A stretch of 11,323 nucleotides of DNA from Elusimicrobiota bacterium (GCA_043816185.1 JBDRIG010000078.1:1-11323); one strand, 5' to 3'; numbered from the stretch's first letter, positions 1 to 6,664 are shown. The notes: generated from the letters alone by a model not told the origin. Program-made: numbers and translations.

Positions 1-6
1 ATACAT
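1..6 (-). CDS. 5' end (Met-Tyr...) of a gene running off the left edge; product unknown
   Basis: Minus strand reads GGAGG (16..12), a 5-nt spacer, then ATG TAT (6..1), about 30 nt downstream of a consensus promoter. Only two codons are visible. Confidence 0.55.
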
Positions 7-12
7 TTTCGC

Positions 13-60
13 CTCCGGAATTTTGGATTTGCCATCGGTAAAATTATACCAATTCCGGAG
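13..60. repeat. perfect 10-bp inverted repeat spanning the promoter spacer and RBS
   Basis: CTCCGGAATT (13-22) and AATTCCGGAG (51-60), 28 nt apart. Each arm contains TCCGGA. Confidence 0.8.
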
Positions 61-71
61 TGAAAAGTCAA
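43..71 (-). promoter_or_regulatory. sigma70-type promoter with extended -10
   Basis: Minus strand TTGACT (71..66), 17 nt, TATAAT (48..43) preceded by TGn. A GGAGG RBS and ATG follow. Confidence 0.8.
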
Positions 72-226
72 ATATTTTCTCATCGGTAATCCCGACGGTA
101 ATTATGCCCAAGAACTTTTAGGGGTTTTTCAACGGTATCATCATTAATAAATATTTTTACACTGTCTCTTATTAACTACTAATTACCGATACAAAATTGT
201 TTGATTTTTCCTTTTAGACAACCACT

Positions 227-658
227 TCACGACAATTCTTTTGGCTCTCCATCTCCATAAATAGCAGCGATCACTAATCCCTGCCACAGACAGACAACCA
301 AGCCACCAATTATCCAATAGATTATTACTCCCCAAGCCATTACCGTGCACATTCCCAGCGAAAAAACTCCTGGGAGTCCTCCAACTAACCACACGAATAA
401 TCCAAACCATAAACCTTTGACAATGCCTTTACCTGGAAGGCCTTTGTAAATTATCATATAAACAAGTGCAAGAAGAATAGCAAAAACAATTCCCGTTACA
501 CCCATTAAGGCAAACGGCATTTCGTTGGGTTGTTTCCATATAAATATTGGCTCTAACAAGTAAACCCAGTTAAATAGCCATCCGCAAGTTAACCATCCCC
601 AAATACTATTTAAAATACCAACCACCGTACCGGCAAGTACCACTTTTCCAATTTTCAT
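227..658 (-). CDS. hypothetical integral membrane protein, about 4 TM helices (DUF1761-like architecture, unverified)
   Basis: 143-aa ORF with four hydrophobic Gly/Trp-rich segments and a KGLWFGLFVW motif. The ATG directly follows the pyrB stop (TAAATG), with purine-rich GGGGAG upstream. Confidence 0.8.
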   Translation of the reverse strand: MKIGKVVLAGTVVGILNSIWGWLTCGWLFNWVYLLEPIFIWKQPNEMPFALMGVTGIVFAILLALVYMIIYKGLPGKGIVKGLWFGLFVWLVGGLPGVFSLGMCTVMAWGVIIYWIIGGLVVCLWQGLVIAAIYGDGEPKELS

Positions 659-1600
659 TTATATGATCTCCCCTACTTCTTTGTCTCCACCGGCAATCAG
701 ATATAACACAGCCATTCTTACAGCAATACCATTTGTCACCTGTTCTGTAATTACTGAATTTTTACTATCGGCAACTTCGGTCGAAATTTCTATTCCTCTG
801 TTCATTGGCCCTGGATGCATTATTAAAATATCATTTTTTGCATGTTTCATCTTTTTGGAATTTATACCAAAAAGTTCGCTGTATTCATCAAGCGATGGAA
901 AAAGATGTTGTTCCTGCCGTTCTTTCTGAATTCTTAAAATATTTATCGCATCAAGTTTGTGAATGATTTTTGAGATATCATAATGAACTTCAACGTCCAT
1001 TTTTTCAATATCTTTTGGAATTAATGTTGGGGGGCCAACAACAAATACCCTCGCACCTAATTTATTCAGACCCCATATATTTGACCTCGCAACCCTTGAA
1101 TGTAGAATATCGCCGACGATTGCGATGTTGAGCCCTTTGATTTTTCCTTTTTTCTCAAATATTGTGAAAATATCCAAGAGTCCTTGCGTCGGATGCTCGT
1201 GCATACCATCACCTGCATTAATAACCGATGCAGAAATTGTCTTTGCAATTATATGTGCTGCACCTGACATACTATGTCTTACAACAACAAAATCTGCTTT
1301 CATTGCTTCGATTGTTTTTGCAGTATCGATAAGCGATTCGCCTTTAACAACTGCGGATGATGACACGACGATATTTACTGTATCAGCAGAAAGCCGTTTT
1401 GCTGCAAGCTCAAACGATGTCCTTGTTCTTGTAGATGGCTCGTAAAACAACAGCACAACGGTTTTTCCTCTCAATGTTGGCACTTTTTTTACCGTTCTTG
1501 TGAAAAGTTCCTTAAACGGTTTTGCTGTTTTCAATACAAGTTCAATCTCTTCTTTTGATAAATACTCAAGTCCCAATAAATCCTTGTGTTTAAGTTTCAT
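659..1600 (-). CDS. pyrB: aspartate carbamoyltransferase catalytic subunit
   Basis: Motifs FYEPSTRTRTSFE, KGESL, HEHPTQ, GDILHSRVARS, RIQKER, MHPGPMNRG. Start moved to ATG 1600 (MKLKHKDLLG, 313 aa) because the ORF-track extension crosses a repeat relic. Confidence 0.97.
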   Translation of the reverse strand: MKLKHKDLLGLEYLSKEEIELVLKTAKPFKELFTRTVKKVPTLRGKTVVLLFYEPSTRTRTSFELAAKRLSADTVNIVVSSSAVVKGESLIDTAKTIEAMKADFVVVRHSMSGAAHIIAKTISASVINAGDGMHEHPTQGLLDIFTIFEKKGKIKGLNIAIVGDILHSRVARSNIWGLNKLGARVFVVGPPTLIPKDIEKMDVEVHYDISKIIHKLDAINILRIQKERQEQHLFPSLDEYSELFGINSKKMKHAKNDILIMHPGPMNRGIEISTEVADSKNSVITEQVTNGIAVRMAVLYLIAGGDKEVGEII

Positions 1601-1613
1601 TTTTTCCCCATTT

Positions 1614-1640
1614 GTCATTCCCATAAAAACGGAAACCAAG
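1614..1640 (+). repeat. degenerate GTCATTCCC-N8-GGGAAT (dRS3/REP-like) palindrome
   Basis: GTCATTCCC ATAAAAAC GGAAAC CAAG matches ATTCCC-N8-GGGAAT with 2 mismatches. The small palindrome AAGAAT-AG-ATTCTT (1638-1651) follows. Confidence 0.55.
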
Positions 1641-1654
1641 AATAGATTCTTCTA

Positions 1655-2200
1655 TCATTTCTTTTCTTTCAATACCACGCTATCACAATTGTCAACTTCT
1701 TTTAATTGGACACATACAATTTCATTTTTCGAAGTTGGAAATTTTTTACCAACAAAATCTGGTTGGATTGGCAATTCTCGCCCACCTCTATCAACAAGCA
1801 CTAATAATTTTATTGTTTTTGGTCGACCAAAATCTATTATTGCATCGATTGCTGCTCGTATAGTTCTACCTGTAAAAAGCACATCATCAATAAGAATAAC
1901 ATTTTTACCAGTTGTATCAAATGAAATCTCCGTTTCTTTAACTATTGGTTGATGAGCAATTGAGTTAATATCGTCCCTATAAAGCGTTATGTCTAATATC
2001 CCAAGTGGTACAATTTTTTTTGTAATTTTTTTTAACTCACAAACGATCCGTTCCGCCAAATATACTCCCCGCGTTTGAATTCCTACGAGGACCAAATTTT
2101 CTACTCCATGGAGTTTTTCAATAATTTCATATGCCAATCGTTTTAATGTTTGCTCAATTTCGTTTTTATCCATTACAATTTTTTTCTCAATGATTTGCAT
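1655..2200 (-). CDS. pyrR: PyrR family pyr regulator / uracil phosphoribosyltransferase
   Basis: Motifs LVGIQTRG, LDITLYRDD, PRPP-binding ILIDDVLFTGRTIRAA, DRGGRELPIQPDFVGK. Strong RBS AAGGAGGT; adjacent to pyrB. Confidence 0.96.
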   Translation of the reverse strand: MQIIEKKIVMDKNEIEQTLKRLAYEIIEKLHGVENLVLVGIQTRGVYLAERIVCELKKITKKIVPLGILDITLYRDDINSIAHQPIVKETEISFDTTGKNVILIDDVLFTGRTIRAAIDAIIDFGRPKTIKLLVLVDRGGRELPIQPDFVGKKFPTSKNEIVCVQLKEVDNCDSVVLKEKK

Positions 2201-2223
2201 CCCGCACCTCCTTTAGCTAACGG

Positions 2224-2258
2224 CTGTAAATCAGAAATTGTGAAACATGAATTTGACG
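2224..2258. repeat. degenerate heptamer tandem array
   Basis: CTGTAAA TCAGAAA TTGTGAA ACATGAA TTTGACG in the purE-pyrR spacer. Confidence 0.5.
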
Positions 2259-2262
2259 GTTG

Positions 2263-2781
2263 CTACACATATTTTTTATAACCAACTTTTTGTAGTTTCG
2301 CGTCTTTTTCGGAAACGTTTTTTTCAAGATTTTTTTTATATAGGTTAAGTTCTTTTTTAAGTTTGATATCTTCTAATGCTAAAATTTCTACAGCAAGAAC
2401 TCCTGCATTATAGGCACCTGTCTCACCAATAGCGACGGTTGCTACAGGAATTCCTTTTGGCATCTGAACAATTGAATATAGTGAATCAACCCCTGAGAGT
2501 GTTTTTGTTCCCATTGGAACACCGATTACAGGAATTGTCGTTAATGACGCAATTACGCCAGCAAGATGTGCGGAGCCACCAGCACCTGCAATAATCACTC
2601 GAACGCCTTTTTTTACAAGTCCTTTTGCATATAAACCTGTTTTTTCCGGTGATCTATGTGCAGAAGTAATTGTGACTTCAAATGGAACTTTAAAAAATTC
2701 AAGTATTTCCATACAACCCTTCATCTGATGTAAATCAGAATCACTCCCCATAACAACACTTACAAGAATTTTATTTTTCAT
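2263..2781 (-). CDS. purE: N5-carboxyaminoimidazole ribonucleotide mutase (class I PurE)
   Basis: Motifs VVMGSDSD, SAHRSP, GAGGSAHLAG, PVIGVP, SIVQMPKGIPVATVAIG. Start at ATG 2781 with AAGGAG upstream (172 aa). Confidence 0.97.
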   Translation of the reverse strand: MKNKILVSVVMGSDSDLHQMKGCMEILEFFKVPFEVTITSAHRSPEKTGLYAKGLVKKGVRVIIAGAGGSAHLAGVIASLTTIPVIGVPMGTKTLSGVDSLYSIVQMPKGIPVATVAIGETGAYNAGVLAVEILALEDIKLKKELNLYKKNLEKNVSEKDAKLQKVGYKKYV

Positions 2782-2802
2782 TTTTGTTATGCTCCTTGAA
2801 TT

Positions 2803-2827
2803 TTCCCGATTTATCAGGACGACCTTT
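2803..2827. repeat. dispersed palindromic repeat, copy 1
   Basis: TTCCCGATTTATCAGGACGACCTTT; 17/18 identical to 11155-11172, with a shared ACCTTT tail. Confidence 0.75.
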
Positions 2828-2899
2828 CCTATAACATCTGATATACCGAGAAATATTTTATCGCTCGAAGAATTTGCAAAATAAACAAAATCCAATTTT

Positions 2900-4174
2900 T
2901 TATAACCCTTTTCTACCAATATCCTGACGATAATGCATGTCTTCAAATTTTATTTTTTTAATATTTTTATAAACCTTTGAAATTGTTTTTTTTAATGTTG
3001 TGTCGACTGCGGAAATACTCAATACCCTACCACCATTCGTATAATATTTTCCTGTTTTAAATTTTGTCCCAGAATTAAAAATAATCACATCTTTTATATT
3101 GTTTAAGTTATTTAAGCCAAAAATTTCTTTCCCAATTTCATATTTTCCTGGATAACCGCCAGAAGCAAAAACAACCGATACGCAATAACCATTTTTCCAT
3201 TCAATCTTACATTTGTTAAGTTTTCCGTCAACGGTCGCAAAAAATAAATCCAATAAATCGGTTTTCAGTAATGGTAAAATTACCTGGGTTTCAGGATCGC
3301 CAAATCGAACATTAAACTCTAAAACTTTGGGCCCTTTTTTTGTAACCATTATTCCTACATAAATTATGCCCTTGTAATTAAGTTTTTCTCTTTTAATACC
3401 TTTCAAAAATCTATCAAATATCAATTTTTTTATAATTTGCTCGTCTATAATTCTTGCAGGTGCATAAGCACCCATACCGCCTGTATTCGGTCCTTTATCG
3501 TCGTCAAAAATCTGTTTATGATCCTGCGATGGTATTAAAGGTAGGATTGTTTTTCCATCACAAAGTGCAACCAGTGATGTTTCCTCACCCTCAAGTTTTT
3601 CTTCAATAATAATTTTATTACCTGAGGAACCAAAATTTTTGTCTATCATTATTGATTTTACAGCATTTTCTGCTTCCTGTTTCGTGTTACAGACAAAAAC
3701 ACCTTTGCCAGAAGCAAGCCCATCTGCTTTAATAACTACGGAAAAAGTAGAGTGAGAAAAAGTAGAGAGATACCCAAGTGCTTTTTTACAATTGTCAAAA
3801 ACTTCAAAATTAGCAGTTGGAATGCCATATTTTTTCATAAACTGTTTTGCAAAAATCTTACTCGCTTCAAGTTGTGCAGCTTTTCTATTCGGGCCAAATA
3901 TCTTTAATTTTTTTTTTGTGAAATAATCTACGATGCCCTCTGAAAGCGGCACCTCAGGGCCAACAATCGTTAAATCAATTTTATTTTTAGCCACAAACTC
4001 GGTTATCTTTTGAAAATCAAGAATGTCAATATTCTGACATTCTGCAATATTTTTTATACCTGCATTCCCAGAAATACAAAAAATCCTTCCTCCCGACTGA
4101 AGTCGAGGACTATATTTTAATTTCCAAATAATTGCGTGCTCTCTACCACCAGAACCAATGACTAAAATATTCAT
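2900..4174 (-). CDS. purD: phosphoribosylamine--glycine ligase (GAR synthetase)
   Basis: Motifs MNILVIGSGGREHA, VGPEVPL, KADGLASGKGV, QDHK, GPNTGGMGAY, EFNVRFGDPE, GGYPG, TNGGRVL, YRQDIG. Start at ATG 4174 (424 aa). Confidence 0.98.
   Translation of the reverse strand: MNILVIGSGGREHAIIWKLKYSPRLQSGGRIFCISGNAGIKNIAECQNIDILDFQKITEFVAKNKIDLTIVGPEVPLSEGIVDYFTKKKLKIFGPNRKAAQLEASKIFAKQFMKKYGIPTANFEVFDNCKKALGYLSTFSHSTFSVVIKADGLASGKGVFVCNTKQEAENAVKSIMIDKNFGSSGNKIIIEEKLEGEETSLVALCDGKTILPLIPSQDHKQIFDDDKGPNTGGMGAYAPARIIDEQIIKKLIFDRFLKGIKREKLNYKGIIYVGIMVTKKGPKVLEFNVRFGDPETQVILPLLKTDLLDLFFATVDGKLNKCKIEWKNGYCVSVVFASGGYPGKYEIGKEIFGLNNLNNIKDVIIFNSGTKFKTGKYYTNGGRVLSISAVDTTLKKTISKVYKNIKKIKFEDMHYRQDIGRKGL
3741..3767. 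repeat. 12-bp direct repeat (period 15) inside purD
   Basis: GAAAAAGTAGAG at 3741-3752 and 3756-3767; encodes STFS-H-STFS. Confidence 0.7.
4088..4109 (-). repeat. TTCA-loop hairpin inside purD, resembling IS200/IS605-type end or REP hairpins
   Basis: Minus strand TCCTCGAC-TTCA-GTCGGGAGGA; GC-rich against the gene background; encodes SPRLQSGG. Confidence 0.55.
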
Positions 4175-4181
4175 ATAAATT

Positions 4182-4218
4182 CCGTAAATCGTAAACCGTG
4201 AATATATAAATCTGTAAA
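4182..4218. repeat. degenerate heptamer tandem array
   Basis: CCGTAAA TCGTAAA CCGTGAA TATATAA .. CTGTAAA in the purF-purD spacer. Confidence 0.7.
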
Positions 4219-4238
4219 CGCTCAAACGTCTTTTGCTT

Positions 4239-5588
4239 TTATTTGCTATTCGTTATTTTTACAGGATATTCTCCTGTAAAACACGCAAGACAAAAATCTT
4301 CTTTTTTCATCCCAGTTGATTCTACAAGTCCTTCTACAGATAAATATTTTAATGTATCGGCACCAATAAATTCTCCGATTTCGTTGATATTTTTTTTTGC
4401 TGCTATAAGTTCCTTGCTGGAAGGTGTATCAATTCCATAATAACAAGGATATTTTATCGGCGGTGACGAGATTGCATAATGTATTTTTTTTACACCTGCT
4501 TTTACTAACATTCTTACGAGCTTTCTACTTGTTGTTCCTCTTACTATGGAGTCGTCTACAACTACAATATTTTTGTCTTTTAGCACTTGCGACACAGGAT
4601 TGTATTTTATTTTAGCAGAAAAATCTCTTATAGATTGTTCGGGCTGAATAAATGTTCTACCTATGTAATGGTTTCTTATAAATCCAATTTCGTACGATAA
4701 TCTGGACTGTTCTTCATATCCTATTGCCTGAACGTTGGCAGAATCTGGCACTGAAATAACCATATCTGCTTTAATTTTCTTTTCCTTAGCAAGTTCTTTA
4801 CCGAATGCCCGTCTTATTTTATATACTGAATTACCAAAAATTTTAGAATCTGGTCTGGCAAAATATATAAATTCAAATATACAAAATGCAGTTTTTTTGT
4901 TTTCAGAAAACCTAACTGTTCGAAGTTTACCGTCCTCAACAATAACAATCTCGCCAGGCTTTACATCGCGTAGATACTCGGCATCAATTAAATCAAACGC
5001 ACATGTTTCCGACGAAAATACATATGAATCTCCCAGTTTTCCGATACATAAAGGCCTAATTCCATGCGGGTCTCTTATTGCTATTAGTTTTTTGTTCACC
5101 AAGAGCAACAACGAATACGCACCTTTAATATGCGATACTGCATCGATAATTTTGTCTTCAATACATTTCTTTTTTGATTTTGCTATAAGGTGAAGTATGA
5201 CTTCGGTGTCCGACGATGTTTGAAATATAGAACCTTCTTTTTCTAAATTATTTCTCAAAAATTTAGCATTGCAAAGATTGCCATTATGCACGATTGAGAG
5301 ATTGTTGTTATCAAAATTTATTGCAAATGGCTGTGCATTTATCAGAGACGAAGCACCAAATGTTGAATATCTTACATGCCCAATTGCATTAGAACCTTTA
5401 AGATAGTTTAGATCGTTTTTTGTAAAAACATCGGATACAAGCCCACAGCCAACCTTTCTCAAAAATTTTGGTCCGTTAGAAGAAACTATACCTGCAGATT
5501 CTTGCCCCCTATGCTGTAACGCATAAAGTCCAAGATACGTTAATTTTGCAGCCTCATTATTATTTGTAACACCAAAAATTCCACACAT
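4239..5588 (-). CDS. purF: amidophosphoribosyltransferase (Fe-S type, no propeptide)
   Basis: N-terminal nucleophile MCGIFG; motifs LQHRGQESAG, GHVRYST, HNGN, VVVDDSIVRGTT; four Fe-S cysteines in FCIFE, PCYYG and FCLACF. Confidence 0.98.
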   Translation of the reverse strand: MCGIFGVTNNNEAAKLTYLGLYALQHRGQESAGIVSSNGPKFLRKVGCGLVSDVFTKNDLNYLKGSNAIGHVRYSTFGASSLINAQPFAINFDNNNLSIVHNGNLCNAKFLRNNLEKEGSIFQTSSDTEVILHLIAKSKKKCIEDKIIDAVSHIKGAYSLLLLVNKKLIAIRDPHGIRPLCIGKLGDSYVFSSETCAFDLIDAEYLRDVKPGEIVIVEDGKLRTVRFSENKKTAFCIFEFIYFARPDSKIFGNSVYKIRRAFGKELAKEKKIKADMVISVPDSANVQAIGYEEQSRLSYEIGFIRNHYIGRTFIQPEQSIRDFSAKIKYNPVSQVLKDKNIVVVDDSIVRGTTSRKLVRMLVKAGVKKIHYAISSPPIKYPCYYGIDTPSSKELIAAKKNINEIGEFIGADTLKYLSVEGLVESTGMKKEDFCLACFTGEYPVKITNSK

Positions 5589-5604
5589 AATTATACACCT
5601 ATAC

Positions 5605-5795
5605 GACGATATGTTTATGCAAATCGCTGACGATATGAATGGTATGATTGCATACTTATATGGTTTTTATTTATTATCGGCCACTATCAGACACCTTTAG
5701 ATAAACTTAATTCGGTCGCCAAGTTATTACCGAAATTGTGAAGTATTACACGAAGGGCTCTCGCAATAACCAAAAGTAGAATTGTGACACAGTCT
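5605..5795. repeat. mosaic of repeat relics in the 212-bp purQ-purF spacer
   Basis: GACGATATG twice (5605-5613, 5629-5637); hairpin TTCGGT..ACCGAA (5711-5734); imperfect palindrome 5736-5753; CTCGCAATAAC (5760-5770, reverse complement GTTATTGCGAG); GAATTGTGACACAGTCT (5779-5795). Confidence 0.5.
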
Positions 5796-5800
5796 GTATA

Positions 5801-6664
5801 TCACAAACTTTTTTTAGCGTATTCGACTGCATTTTTGAATATCACAAGCCCATAAGGTTCTACACTCTTTTTTCTCGTCCATTGAGGATGTTGATATTTT
5901 GAAATAAACCTTTCTGGATGCGGCATTAAACCCAAAATATTCCCATCTGTATTCACAATACCTGCAATGTTTGATACGGAACCGTTGGGATTATGCGGAT
6001 ATCCCGCTTCGTTACCGTTTTCGTCAACATATTTTAATACAGTGAGTGACTGCTGTTCAAGTTTTCGTATTACGTCCTCATTGCAAAAAAATTTTCCTTC
6101 CGCATGTGCTACAGGAAGTTGTATTGTTTCTGGTAAATTTTTCGTCCATAAATTTGCAATTTTATCGTCGCAATGACACTTTGTATAATTTTTCGACGAT
6201 AATCCGTGCTGAATCTGTGAATTTGTAACCTGCGAACTTGCAAATCTGCGAACCGTTTTTAAATGCACCCACCTACATTCAAATTTACCAGAATCATTAT
6301 TGGTAAGCGTTACGGATTGTTTACCGTCTAAAAAAGGCAATAAACCTGCCTTAACAAGTACTTGAAAACCATTGCATATACCCAGCATCAACTTTCCTTG
6401 ATTTGCAAACTTTATTATTTCAGTTTTCAATTTATGCATCAATTTATTAGCAAATACTTTACCTGCTGAAATATCGTCACCATATGAAAATCCACCTGGT
6501 ATTGCAAGGATTTTGTAATCCTGAAAATCTTTTTCATTTCTTAAAAACCTATTTATATGTATAATTTCTGGTTCCGCACCAACAAGTTTGAATGCTTCTG
6601 CTGTCTCAATATCATTATTGGTTCCTGCAGTTTTTAATACAATTATTTTAACTTTTTTTTTCAT
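5801..6664 (-). CDS. purQ: FGAM synthase glutaminase subunit PurQ, with a long internal insertion
   Basis: Motifs PGGFSYGD, catalytic GICNGFQ, PVAHAEG, NPNGS, MPHPER. Start overlaps the pyrG end by 17 nt. Confidence 0.97.
   Translation of the reverse strand: MKKKVKIIVLKTAGTNNDIETAEAFKLVGAEPEIIHINRFLRNEKDFQDYKILAIPGGFSYGDDISAGKVFANKLMHKLKTEIIKFANQGKLMLGICNGFQVLVKAGLLPFLDGKQSVTLTNNDSGKFECRWVHLKTVRRFASSQVTNSQIQHGLSSKNYTKCHCDDKIANLWTKNLPETIQLPVAHAEGKFFCNEDVIRKLEQQSLTVLKYVDENGNEAGYPHNPNGSVSNIAGIVNTDGNILGLMPHPERFISKYQHPQWTRKKSVEPYGLVIFKNAVEYAKKSL
6149..6257. repeat. octamer array plus hairpin, in frame inside purQ
   Basis: GAATCTGT GAATTTGT AACCTGC GAACTTGC AAATCTGC GAACCGTT (6211-6257); a further unit AAATTTGC (6150-6157); inverted repeat TTATCGTCG (6162-6170) / CGACGATAA (6194-6202). 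Confidence 0.8.

Noticed and set aside
145..226. Intrinsic terminator after the membrane protein gene
   Set aside because: Only weak AT-rich palindromes are present; there is no GC stem followed by a U-tract on the minus strand.
183..410. 75-aa minus-strand ORF
   Set aside because: Alternative frame overlapping the better-supported membrane protein gene; no recognisable motifs.
1601..1639. N-terminal extension of pyrB in the ORF track
   Set aside because: It runs through a repeat relic; recognisable PyrB sequence begins at ATG 1600.
2782..2946. 55-aa N-terminal extension of purE, or a purD-purE frameshift fusion
   Set aside because: A good AAGGAG RBS precedes ATG 2781, purD ends normally after YRQDIG, and the extension has no PurE similarity.
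4175..4225. N-terminal extension of purD
   Set aside because: It is the translation of the heptamer array; the canonical start is MNILVIGSGGRE.
6149..6256. Intein or self-splicing intron in purQ
   Set aside because: Too short, no C/S...HN-C/S/T intein termini, no group I/II intron hallmarks, and the frame is open throughout.
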